DNA of 42,664 nucleotides. Origin: a virus (Duplodnaviria > Caudoviricetes). Both the position numbers and the translations under genes were made by a program. Below, piece by piece: positions 16,613-25,227 of the stretch; the first letter of the stretch is position 1, and each line of letters starts with the position of its first letter. The stretch spans positions 1 to 42,664 of IMG/VR virus record IMGVR_UViG_3300037515_000227; one strand, 5' to 3'. The notes beneath the pieces are model-generated. The model worked only from the letters and a program-made list of their open reading frames with translations. It did not search any database and was not told the DNA's origin.

Positions 16613-18208
16613 TCAGGCGGTGTTGTTCCACACGCGCGGGTATCGGCTCGCGGTCACACCGCCACCGGAGAACCGGTGCGTCAGCTCCTGGTACGTGTCG
16701 CCCGGGTCGGGATTGGTCAACCCCATGTTCCCGAACGGGATCACATGCCCGGTTGCGGCGGACCCGTCGCCATTGAAGCCGTGGACATTGCGGCCGTTGA
16801 AGTTCAACCGGGCCTTGCGTTCGGCGTTCGTGGTGCCGCCGGACATCTGGATCAGGCAGTGCGAGTCGTCGCTGGAGTTCCAGCCGAGGACCTGGCAGTT
16901 CGTGAACGTCATATGGTGCTGGCAGACGACCTCGGCGGTGTCGATCGAGCACTTGATGATTCCTCGCCGGCCCGCGGTCTCCGATGCCGTGGGCACCGTG
17001 TCCTTCAGGCCGCCGGACTCGAAATGCACCGAATCGAAGTGGGCCAGCACATAATGCGTGTTGGCGGTGCCCTCGTACGCGTCGTTGTTCGCACCGTCGA
17101 AGTGGGCGAACCCGTCCGCGTAGTCGAACACGGTCGTGACCGTCGCATCCCATGTGACGTCGCGAATGGTGACGAAGGACGTGGACCCCACCCGCATGTA
17201 GAGGGCGTATCCCTGGATCTTGTCCCACCGTCCGCCCCTGATCCAGAAGTTGGTCGACCCGAGCCCTTCCACACTGATCGCGTTCCCGGCGAACGCACCG
17301 AGGTGCACCTCATCCAGCCCGGACCCGGAGTCCAGCTTGGCGACGTTGAGCGACTCCGTGGGGCCGTAGCGGATACCGGTGTTCGCGATGTCCCGGCCGA
17401 TGAGCCGGATGTTGCGGTACAGCCCGGCGGAGATGTTGTTGCCGCCCTGCTCGGTGTTGAACATGACCCCGCCGGCCGCGCCATCCCAGGTGATGTTGGG
17501 CCACTTCGCGACCCGGTCGCGGGCCATCGAACCGACACCCCACACCCACGCCGGCGCCAAGTTCACATCCACCGCAGTCTCGATGGTGTCGGTGATCCGG
17601 TAGGTGCGGCCGGCGGGGAACACAACCACGCCGAACCCGTTGACGGCCTGCGCCGCTGTGAACGCCGCCTGGATCGCGGCGGTGTCGTCGGCGCCGCCGC
17701 CAGTGTTGTGATTCGCATCCCCGATCGCGCCGTACTCGAGCACGTTGTGAGCCTGGAAGTCGCTGGTGCCGACCTGGATGCGCTTGTCGGTGATCTGGTC
17801 CGCCGCGATCGTGGACGAGCCGGTGTGCCCGTTCGGCACGTACACATCGGCGAGCACGGTCCGGTTCGACGGGATCGACGGCAACAGCGGCACCGCGCCG
17901 GGCGTGCCGACTACTGTGGACTTTGCGCCCGTGTTGTCGATCGTCACCAGGTCGCGGCGAGGATTCCCGGACGCATTCGATGTGATGGACACATTCCCGG
18001 CGACGACGTTCGCGTAGACGCCCGCGACCACCGCCACGCCGGAGGCGACGGCCACCGAGCCGTTGGCCGCGCCGGTGGTGGTCACGTCGCAGCCTGTGGA
18101 GATCCCCGAGCGGGCTATTCCTAAGGCCAGAATCTCCATGTCGACACGGTTGAGCATTGCCTGCGGCGAGAACGCCGCCTCGGTCGCATTCGGGATGGTG
18201 TACGGCAC
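16613..18208 (-). CDS. Tail spike / receptor-binding protein with pectate-lyase-like beta-helix
   Basis: NVLEYGAIGD..DDTAAIQAA..VVVFPAGRTYRIT. Confidence 0.82.
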   Translation of the reverse strand: MPYTIPNATEAAFSPQAMLNRVDMEILALGIARSGISTGCDVTTTGAANGSVAVASGVAVVAGVYANVVAGNVSITSNASGNPRRDLVTIDNTGAKSTVVGTPGAVPLLPSIPSNRTVLADVYVPNGHTGSSTIAADQITDKRIQVGTSDFQAHNVLEYGAIGDANHNTGGGADDTAAIQAAFTAAQAVNGFGVVVFPAGRTYRITDTIETAVDVNLAPAWVWGVGSMARDRVAKWPNITWDGAAGGVMFNTEQGGNNISAGLYRNIRLIGRDIANTGIRYGPTESLNVAKLDSGSGLDEVHLGAFAGNAISVEGLGSTNFWIRGGRWDKIQGYALYMRVGSTSFVTIRDVTWDATVTTVFDYADGFAHFDGANNDAYEGTANTHYVLAHFDSVHFESGGLKDTVPTASETAGRRGIIKCSIDTAEVVCQHHMTFTNCQVLGWNSSDDSHCLIQMSGGTTNAERKARLNFNGRNVHGFNGDGSAATGHVIPFGNMGLTNPDPGDTYQELTHRFSGGGVTASRYPRVWNNTA

Positions 18209-18219
18209 GGGTGCCCCCT

Positions 18220-18900
18220 CTAGGCGATCTTGAAGTAGGTACGGGGTGCGCTGTTGCTGACCGACCGCGTCGCCGTAAATGTGGACGGCAATGCCCCCGT
18301 GACACCCGTCTCTTGATAGCCACCCATGTGCGACGTTCCAGTCGGCGGGGTTCCGGAGCCGCCGCTTATACCGGGGACGTTGGCGGCAGTGCCGACCACT
18401 ACCGTCCCGGTGGCGACCTGGGTAGCGCCACCAATCCAGACCAGCCCACTCACAGTCAGAGCGCTGAACGGCCCAGCAGTCAACGACGTGAACCCGGTTG
18501 CGGTGGACGCGGCGGTTCCAGCATCAAGGATCAGGCTCCCCGGGTACATCGACCCGTTATCTGCATAGACCCCCAGCCGCCGCACTGAGCTGGCGGCGCC
18601 GGCAGTATTGATCCATTCGCCCAGGTTGACGATCTGGGTGCCGTACGGGAACCAGTACGGGGACAGAACCAAGGTCGTGTTCGGACCGTGGTTACCCAGC
18701 GCCAAAGCATGCGGCGGCAGATACCAAAACCCCGATACATAGGTAACCGGCGCGAACGCCGTCCCCAGCGATGCGATGGCGACGATCTCATCGGCCTGCT
18801 TCTGCTCCAGCGTCACATGAGACGGCGCCGACAACGGATCGGTGGACGTGCCGACCATCCCCGAGAAGCTGGGAACGGCACCGGGGAACTGAGCAGCCAC
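18220..18900 (-). CDS. Minor structural protein
   Basis: RBS AGGAGG before GTG (VAAQFPG); RLGVYADNG..PGSLILDAGT beta-sandwich pattern. Confidence 0.7.
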   Translation of the reverse strand: MAAQFPGAVPSFSGMVGTSTDPLSAPSHVTLEQKQADEIVAIASLGTAFAPVTYVSGFWYLPPHALALGNHGPNTTLVLSPYWFPYGTQIVNLGEWINTAGAASSVRRLGVYADNGSMYPGSLILDAGTAASTATGFTSLTAGPFSALTVSGLVWIGGATQVATGTVVVGTAANVPGISGGSGTPPTGTSHMGGYQETGVTGALPSTFTATRSVSNSAPRTYFKIA

Positions 18901-18902
18901 GC

Positions 18903-19094
18903 TTATCCTCCTGTCAGGTTTCCGCCGACTAGGTCGGGACCGCCGGCGAATGATCGGCCTGTCACGAACGCTGGCCATGCCGGCGGCTCCGTCGGGGTGG
19001 GGGTCGGCGTCGGCCCGCCCTTGTGGTTCGGCCGATGGTGTGTGACGATCACGCCGACGACGCCGAGGACGAATCCGCGGCGGGACAGCATCAT
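18903..19094 (-). CDS. Small protein with twin-arginine-like motif and Pro-Thr linker
   Basis: MMLSRRGFVLGVVGVIV..PTPTPTPTEPP; TAATG coupling. Confidence 0.55.
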   Translation of the reverse strand: MMLSRRGFVLGVVGVIVTHHRPNHKGGPTPTPTPTEPPAWPAFVTGRSFAGGPDLVGGNLTGG

Positions 19095-19534
19095 TAGGCC
19101 GGCGTCAGATCGATTGCGAAAACACCGGCCAACGCCCACGCAATGGCGAACGTGCCATTGCTGGTCGCATAGTCCGCGCCGAAATTCACCCCGACGATGA
19201 GCTGATCGGCCAGCGCGTCGGCGTAGATCTTGCAGCCCCGGACGCCGGACAGCGTGGTCGATGCCACAGACACGTCGGTGGCGTCCCACATCATAGATCC
19301 GGTCGGCGACTCCGACACCGCGGTGCCGGCGAGCGCCACGCCGCCAGCGGCCCAGTTCGTACCGGTCACCTCGTTCGTCGCCGCATACGCGGTCTCGGTG
19401 GAGAAGTTCGGCGTCTCAGTGTTGTTGTACAACGCCAGTTTGTGCGTCTCCAGATCGAGATCGACCGCGATCTGGCTCGTGTCGAAGATGTCGCGAAAGG
19501 TCGGGTAGTACAGTCCCGATGCGGTCCAGGCGAT
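19094..19534 (-). CDS. ~146-aa putative fibre/appendage subunit, non-canonical ATC/ATT start
   Basis: Frame stays open with coding-like sequence AWTASGLYYPTF.. 34 codons above the TTG; RBS AAAGGGG precedes ATT ATC ATC GCC TGG. Confidence 0.68.
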   Translation of the reverse strand: MAWTASGLYYPTFRDIFDTSQIAVDLDLETHKLALYNNTETPNFSTETAYAATNEVTGTNWAAGGVALAGTAVSESPTGSMMWDATDVSVASTTLSGVRGCKIYADALADQLIVGVNFGADYATSNGTFAIAWALAGVFAIDLTPA

Positions 19535-19567
19535 GATAATCAGCCCCTTTGTAGCTAGACTTGCGGA

Positions 19568-20224
19568 ATGGTTAATGCTTGCATCGTTGAGGATTGCGAC
19601 AAGCCGCGGATAGGCCGCGGTCTATGCCGTCCCCACTACGCAAAGTGGCGCTACGGACGCCTGCCTGATGTGACACCGCTTCCACTCAAGGAGCGAACGC
19701 GAGCCACTTGCCGACTCGATGCTTGCGATCGTCCGGCTGTCAGCCACGCTCTATGTAGTGCACATTGGCAACAGTTCAAATCCGGCGTGACATTGCGGCC
19801 AGTCCGTATCTCCCGGCAAGAACGTGGCTGCATCGTTGCTAGCTGTCCAAACAAACATGATGCTCGCGGATATTGCTCAACTCATTACAGTCACGCCGTA
19901 GGCCGGGATGAGATTAAGGCTGGTCCTCGCTTGCCTGGACGCACCCAGGGCGGTTATGTGCGCCTCTTCATGCCGGGGCATCCCAACGCGCAGAGATCCG
20001 GGCACATCCTGGAACATGTATTCGTGATGTCGGAAATGCTGGGCCGACCCCTGGTGCCAGGTGAGACTGTCCATCATCTCAACGGCGTCAAGTCCGACAA
20101 TCGACCCGAGAATCTCGAACTCTGGGTGCGCCTAGTCAAGCAACCTAATGGTCAACGACCTGAGGATTTAACTGTGTGGGCGAAGGAGATCCTTCAGCGG
20201 TATCAGCCTGACGCGCTCGCCTAA
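19568..20224 (+). CDS. HNH homing endonuclease inserted antisense in the late operon
   Basis: Three CxxxxC..LCxxH zinc repeats; EHVFVM..LGRPL..ETVHHLNGVKSDNRPENLELW; visibly lower GC. Confidence 0.92.
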   Translation: MVNACIVEDCDKPRIGRGLCRPHYAKWRYGRLPDVTPLPLKERTRATCRLDACDRPAVSHALCSAHWQQFKSGVTLRPVRISRQERGCIVASCPNKHDARGYCSTHYSHAVGRDEIKAGPRLPGRTQGGYVRLFMPGHPNAQRSGHILEHVFVMSEMLGRPLVPGETVHHLNGVKSDNRPENLELWVRLVKQPNGQRPEDLTVWAKEILQRYQPDALA

Positions 20225-20412
20225 CCCGTCTGCTCAGCGTCGCCACCAACGCTCAGGCCGGTCCGGCCCTCGCGTTCCTCGGCACGGATCTTCTGCACCT
20301 TCGCCACCGCCTTGTCCCGGGCCTTGCGGTTGGCCTCGGACGGGTCCTCGCGGTAGGCGTCCTTCGCGGCCACCAACTGGTCGACCGCGGCCGTCTCACG
20401 GCTACTTGTCAC
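20221..20412 (-). CDS. Small hypothetical protein
   Basis: RBS GAGGAG; helical. Confidence 0.6.
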   Translation of the reverse strand: MTSSRETAAVDQLVAAKDAYREDPSEANRKARDKAVAKVQKIRAEEREGRTGLSVGGDAEQTG

Positions 20413-20614
20413 GACGTAACTCCTCAGCCTTGATCTTGATGGGGTCTGGTTTGACCGTCACGTCCTGGCCATCCCAGCGTTCGGTGACGTCCACCTTGTG
20501 GTGGTCATGCACGTCGGTGGTGACCTTCCGCATCTGCTTGCGGTCGGGGCTGGCGACGAACAGGCTGCGATAGTGCTCGGCCTGGGTGGCGCAGCAGCCG
20601 CGGGCGCAGGGCAT
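20402..20614 (-). CDS. Small hypothetical protein (MPCARGCC...)
   Basis: TGATG coupling. Confidence 0.6.
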   Translation of the reverse strand: MPCARGCCATQAEHYRSLFVASPDRKQMRKVTTDVHDHHKVDVTERWDGQDVTVKPDPIKIKAEELRRDK

Positions 20615-21054
20615 CAGTCGGTCACCTCGCCGAAGCACTTGGTGTTGCCGCTGGCCTGTTTGCGGTCGGCCGGGTACAGGTGGATCGAGAACGCCCCGGG
20701 CGTGGCCACGAAACCGCTGATCGGGTTGAACCGGTCCCAGAACGCGAAGTAGCCGGGCAGCACGGTCAGGTCATAGCCGTTCTCGTCAAGCAGCGCGCCG
20801 ACGTTGGCGTGCGCGTTATTCGACGGGTCCTTAGCCCAGTTCAGCTCACCGATGTACTGCCCGCCCGGCGTGCCATTCCAGACCTCGTAGTACCAGGTGC
20901 CCGGCTGGCCCAGGTAGAACGGCGCAACCGGATCGACGGCATTCAATTCGGCGGCGCTGATCGGGACCTGCTGGACCCGGCACTCCAGCCCGTGCGCGCT
21001 CGGCGCCGTAGCGAGCAGCAGGACGGCGACGAGCAGCAGGAAGCGCTTAACCAC
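20614..21054 (-). CDS. Secreted protein
   Basis: KRFLLLVAVLLLATAPSAHG signal peptide; Cys near each end of the mature part. Confidence 0.68.
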   Translation of the reverse strand: MVKRFLLLVAVLLLATAPSAHGLECRVQQVPISAAELNAVDPVAPFYLGQPGTWYYEVWNGTPGGQYIGELNWAKDPSNNAHANVGALLDENGYDLTVLPGYFAFWDRFNPISGFVATPGAFSIHLYPADRKQASGNTKCFGEVTD

Positions 21055-21358
21055 GACGCTTAAGCAAGGCTGCGTCAACGATCCCCTGCGGGATCTCGAC
21101 AGCCGTGCCGGTAGGCAACTTCGCCGCGCCACCGGCACGGACTTCGTACTCCCCGCCAAGATAGGCGACGGTAGTCTTCAGCGGCACGACCTGGCCTTGC
21201 AGGTAGAACGCCACGCCGACATCGACCGCGACCAGACCGGCCAGGATCAGACCGGTCCAGGCGTCGCCGATCATGTCGGCCACAACAGCGGCGCCGAGGA
21301 ACACCTTCAGCGCAGCCAGGATGGACAGCGCGAGCATCACGGGTCGAGGTACGGACAT
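21047..21358 (-). CDS. Putative holin
   Basis: Two TM helices, downstream of endolysin. Confidence 0.6.
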   Translation of the reverse strand: MSVPRPVMLALSILAALKVFLGAAVVADMIGDAWTGLILAGLVAVDVGVAFYLQGQVVPLKTTVAYLGGEYEVRAGGAAKLPTGTAVEIPQGIVDAALLKRRG

Positions 21359-21371
21359 GGTGAATCCCCCT

Positions 21372-21509
21372 TCATCGGTGCCAGGGCCTGAAGTCCCAGG
21401 CGAAGTGCAGTGCCAGGAACGCGAGCCCCAGCAGGAACAGGTCGACCGCGTCGGCGTTGACACCGACGGCGGCCAGGAAGATGAGCGCAGCGGCGATTAC
21501 GGCGAACAT
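21372..21509 (-). CDS. Small two-helix membrane protein
   Basis: MFAVIAAALIFLAAVGV..LFLLGLAFLALHFAW; RBS GAGGAG. Confidence 0.65.
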   Translation of the reverse strand: MFAVIAAALIFLAAVGVNADAVDLFLLGLAFLALHFAWDFRPWHR

Positions 21510-21522
21510 CACGGCTCCTCAG

Positions 21523-22068
21523 TTAGCGAATGAACAGAGCGGCGGCGAGGGACAGCAGCGCGAGCCCGATCGCCAGCACCACACCCAGGGCGTACTCTTT
21601 GCCGGCCACCCGGCCGCCGGCAGTGCCGGCCTCGACGGCCCGCGAGTTGGCGCCGGACTTCACGTCGTCGATCAGGTCACGGATCGCTTTGATCTCCACG
21701 TCGAAGTTCAGCTTCAACGCGTCGAGCTGTTTCGTCGTCGCGTCCTCGGCCTTGCCGGTGGCCTCCTTCGCCGCGGCCAGCGCAGCGGTCAGCGCCTGAT
21801 CCCGCGCCGCCAGCGCCTCCTTGAGAAGTTCCTTGAGCGCGGCCACCTGGTCGACCAGCGCCTGATGCTGGGAGTCACGCAGCCGATCCAGGCCCTCGTG
21901 GTGCTTGTCGTGCGCTCTCGCCAGCGCCTCGATCTCCGAGACATCAGCCCTGCGCTCGGCCTTCGTCAGCTCCCGCAGATGGTTGATCTCCCGAATGAGC
22001 GCCTCAGTCGTCAGGACGGTCGGGTCCGGCCGCGGAACCGACGGTCCGAGGTTCATGTCGTCGGCCAT
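21523..22068 (-). CDS. Coiled-coil protein with C-terminal TM helix (lysis cassette)
   Basis: Heptad-rich body; YALGVVLAIGLALLSLAAALFI. Confidence 0.7.
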   Translation of the reverse strand: MADDMNLGPSVPRPDPTVLTTEALIREINHLRELTKAERRADVSEIEALARAHDKHHEGLDRLRDSQHQALVDQVAALKELLKEALAARDQALTAALAAAKEATGKAEDATTKQLDALKLNFDVEIKAIRDLIDDVKSGANSRAVEAGTAGGRVAGKEYALGVVLAIGLALLSLAAALFIR

Positions 22069-22103
22069 CGTCCCCCGCCGTTCCTTGGTGCTATGCTCTA
22101 TTC

Positions 22104-22201
22104 GCTTTCCTTGGAGGGTTAGCACACGGCCCCATGGCGAATGAAGCGGATAGGTGCTCCTAACACTGATAACCCGCTGAGCCAAGGGGCCGTTCTAATT
22201 T
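22104..22201 (+). ncRNA. Candidate structured small RNA
   Basis: Extended -10 TGcTATGCT upstream; nested stems acggcccc/ggggccgt, tggc/gcca, agcgg/ccgct; U-rich tail. Confidence 0.35.
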
Positions 22202-22205
22202 CCCC

Positions 22206-22418
22206 CTAGAGCCGTTCCTCGGTCCTCACCGTCTGCTCGGCCTTGCTCTCAGCAGGCGGCCGGGCACCCCCCGGGCACGGCTCCCCATTCACGCGGTGCC
22301 GCTTCACCATTCCGGTGGCGAACGCCAGCGGATACTCCCGCCCGCATACCGTGCACACCCCGCGGTCAGGTGCCGCGCCGCGGAGGGTGTGTAATGGACG
22401 GCGGCGTACGACGGCCAC
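22206..22418 (-). CDS. Small zinc-binding protein
   Basis: CTVCGR..VKRH..CPG. Confidence 0.6.
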   Translation of the reverse strand: MAVVRRRPLHTLRGAAPDRGVCTVCGREYPLAFATGMVKRHRVNGEPCPGGARPPAESKAEQTVRTEERL

Positions 22419-22421
22419 GGC

Positions 22422-22586
22422 TCAGCTCACATATCCACGAGGTTCATGCACACCCGGTAGATATTCCTCGTGACTACCGCACACGACACAGCGGATCCAA
22501 TCGCCACCCAGAGTCGGCGCCTCGAACCTGTATGTGTGTCCATGAAGCCAGCACCAAAAGTGATGTCGAAACCGCGCAAGGATCAC
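22422..22586 (-). CDS. Small prophage protein, DUF1660-like
   Basis: 54 aa; FWCWLHGH..RCVVCG. Confidence 0.5.
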   Translation of the reverse strand: MILARFRHHFWCWLHGHTYRFEAPTLGGDWIRCVVCGSHEEYLPGVHEPRGYVS

Positions 22587-22589
22587 GGC

Positions 22590-23540
22590 TCACGGCGCCG
22601 GGTACACCGAGCGGATCTCGGCCAGCGTCCCCTCGGCCTGCGGGAACCACTGCAATAACTGCGACGACACCTCGGCCTTGTCGTCAAACGGCACACCCGC
22701 AGCCCGCAATTGCGTGAACGCGGCGAAGTCCGCCACGTGACGCCGAGACGTGCCAGTCAGCAGCCAGATCCGGGTCGGGTCGGTGCCGGCCTGCTTAACA
22801 AGGATCATGTCGGTGGCCTTTCGGAGAAGGTCGAGGTCGATCTCGGGGACGGTCGGATCAGGCAGCGGCACTCCGCCGCCACCGGTCCCACCGCTCGACG
22901 GCTCGGACAGCCGGGCGGCGATCTTCGTCTTGAGCAGCCCCATCCGCGCCCACATCAGATTCCCGGGGCATGACTTGGTGGACACACAGCGGTGACCATG
23001 CGGATGGAGCGCGGCGTACTCGGTGACGAACCCCGCCTTCGCGTCGGCGGTGATCGCGCGGGCCAACGCGTCGACCATCTGCTCGGTCACCGGGTGCTGG
23101 ATATTCTGGCAGATCACATAGGCGCGGCTGTTGTAGTTCAAGTTCCATGACGGCGCGGTCAGCGACGCCCGGTAGCCGGGGCACGCGCTGCCGAACCGCA
23201 GACAGTTCGACACCTTCAGGTCGTTCACGGTGTGCGCGCCGCGGCGGCCGATCGGCTGCCCCTCGTACACGGTGTCGGTGCCGGCGAAGATGAGCCGGTT
23301 ATAGGAGATCCCGGTCGACGGGAACCGCGAGATGCCAATCGCCTCGATCGCCCGGGCATGCGCGTCCCGCGAGCTGTAACTGCTGGGGTTGGTCACCGAG
23401 ATGTGGACGAACACCCGCGTAGCCGGTTCGGTCACCGACCTCGTGTTGGTGTAGTCGAACCGCGAGCCCCACTCTTCGCGGCGCCGCAGCCTCATACCGA
23501 TCGCGGCGAGCTTGGTCCGCTCCTGCGAGATCGACGTCAT
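22590..23540 (-). CDS. Endolysin, N-acetylmuramoyl-L-alanine amidase (Amidase_2/PGRP-like)
   Basis: RREEWG, VFVHIS, GISYN, YEG, GAHT, HGH..KSCPG. Confidence 0.88.
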   Translation of the reverse strand: MTSISQERTKLAAIGMRLRRREEWGSRFDYTNTRSVTEPATRVFVHISVTNPSSYSSRDAHARAIEAIGISRFPSTGISYNRLIFAGTDTVYEGQPIGRRGAHTVNDLKVSNCLRFGSACPGYRASLTAPSWNLNYNSRAYVICQNIQHPVTEQMVDALARAITADAKAGFVTEYAALHPHGHRCVSTKSCPGNLMWARMGLLKTKIAARLSEPSSGGTGGGGVPLPDPTVPEIDLDLLRKATDMILVKQAGTDPTRIWLLTGTSRRHVADFAAFTQLRAAGVPFDDKAEVSSQLLQWFPQAEGTLAEIRSVYPAP

Positions 23541-23550
23541 GGATTCCCCC

Positions 23551-25227
23551 TCATCTGCGTCGTTGCGTGAAAGCTCCGAATGCAGCGGTCGACCCGCGAG
23601 TCGCAGAACGCGTCCCGCCCCGCCCGGACAGCGCCGCCAACGCGCGCGCGATCGTCGGCGAGTACGAGTCGAGTTCCAACGTGGCCGACACCGACGATGT
23701 GTCGAAGTCCGTGCCGACGATCTGAAACACCGTTACCCCGTCGCGGTCGGTGACGTTCAGCGAGTTCGGGTTCGGTGCGATGCCGCGGACCCGGATCAGA
23801 TTGCCGGGGCGGATCTCCCACGGCATGATCCGCATCCCGCGGTCGTGGTCGTAGATGGGCCGGGCGATCGTCAGGGTGCCGGCGTTCGGCGGGGTCGCGT
23901 GTTCGGCGAGGAACTGGTCCCCGGCCTGGTCCGCATTGGTCGGCGAGGACACCTCGTCACCCAGGTCGAGGAACGCATCACGGGTGAACGCGAGCTGAGG
24001 CACGGTGGTGGTGCGGCGAGTCGTCTGAATCCAGCCGCGGGAGTCCCGCCACCGCACAGTCACCGCGTTGTACAGCCCGTCCGCCGACCCGGTCGAACGG
24101 TAGCCGTCGGACACGTCCGCCTCGTACCGGACCGTGGTCGGCCACGCCTTCCACTCGAACTTGTACTTGCCCGCGGAGTTGCGGGTCGTGGCCTGCCAGA
24201 AATAGCCAGGCTCGTACATCATCAGATCGTCCAGCACCTTGGCCGGAGTCACACCGTCCGGGTACGACAGGTGGTCGATGGCGTACGTATTCGTGGCCAC
24301 CGTCGCATTCACCCCGTCGAACTCGGTCAGCAGCCGCCCCAGTAGATCCTCCACGATCTGATGCGCCAATACCGAATGCGCGGTGTATCCCGAAGCGCCC
24401 ACCGTGGCGCCGGACTTGTCCAACCGCTGACATTGGATGTACAGGCCACCGACCTCGGACCAGGTAACGCCGCTGGCGAAAATATTGCCGGCGGCGCCGG
24501 TCCACCGGATCTGCATCTCCAGCACGTCGTTGGTGGTAGCGAAATCGGTCGTCATCACCTTCGGCGACGGCGCCGTCTCGGACGTGGAGAATGTCTCGCT
24601 GCGCACCACCGCGTTTGACGGCTGCACCACCGCTCGCACGAGCAGGCTGGCATGGGTGCGGCCCTCGATGTGGCGGTAGTCGAACCGAGCGAGTTTCAAC
24701 CCGGCTTGACGCAGCCCTGGGTACCGCACCGTGTACGTCCCATTGGTGGGGGTGGCTATGCCATCGACGAAGCGCATCGTGATCGCATTGATAGTGCTGT
24801 CCGGGGTGTACTCGTCGACCTCGGAAGCCGCCCCGTCTCTCGTTGTCGTGCTGGCCAGGCGGCTGGGGAAAAAGTTCGTCAGGATGCGGTCCACGTAGAT
24901 CAGCGGAACGGTGCGGTCCTGCGCGTGCGCCGACGGACCCACCGCCGCCAACTCCCACACCTGGCCATCCGAGCCGACACCCCGGCCCGGGTCCTCCAGC
25001 CGGCCACACCACACGGTGTTGCCGTTGCGGGCGTCGAAGATTTCGACATCGGCGTAGTAGGCGATCTCATCCGGCGACAGGTTCAGCGGCCGGTCAAGCG
25101 AGAACTGCGCCGAGGCGAACCCGCCCGGCGCAACAGAGCGGAACGACAGCGAGCGCAGGTCGCGCTCGATGTGGCGGATCGTGCGGGCCGACGAAAGCTG
25201 CACCGTCAACGGAATCGGCAGCGTCAT
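23551..25227 (-). CDS. Minor tail protein (hub/Tal position)
   Basis: Second gene after tape measure; LSFRSVAPGGFASA. Confidence 0.78.
   Translation of the reverse strand: MTLPIPLTVQLSSARTIRHIERDLRSLSFRSVAPGGFASAQFSLDRPLNLSPDEIAYYADVEIFDARNGNTVWCGRLEDPGRGVGSDGQVWELAAVGPSAHAQDRTVPLIYVDRILTNFFPSRLASTTTRDGAASEVDEYTPDSTINAITMRFVDGIATPTNGTYTVRYPGLRQAGLKLARFDYRHIEGRTHASLLVRAVVQPSNAVVRSETFSTSETAPSPKVMTTDFATTNDVLEMQIRWTGAAGNIFASGVTWSEVGGLYIQCQRLDKSGATVGASGYTAHSVLAHQIVEDLLGRLLTEFDGVNATVATNTYAIDHLSYPDGVTPAKVLDDLMMYEPGYFWQATTRNSAGKYKFEWKAWPTTVRYEADVSDGYRSTGSADGLYNAVTVRWRDSRGWIQTTRRTTTVPQLAFTRDAFLDLGDEVSSPTNADQAGDQFLAEHATPPNAGTLTIARPIYDHDRGMRIMPWEIRPGNLIRVRGIAPNPNSLNVTDRDGVTVFQIVGTDFDTSSVSATLELDSYSPTIARALAALSGRGGTRSATRGSTAAFGAFTQRRR

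Noticed and set aside
16427-18124. 565-aa plus-strand ORF
   Set aside because: Antisense shadow of the tail spike, expected in high-GC DNA; no motifs.
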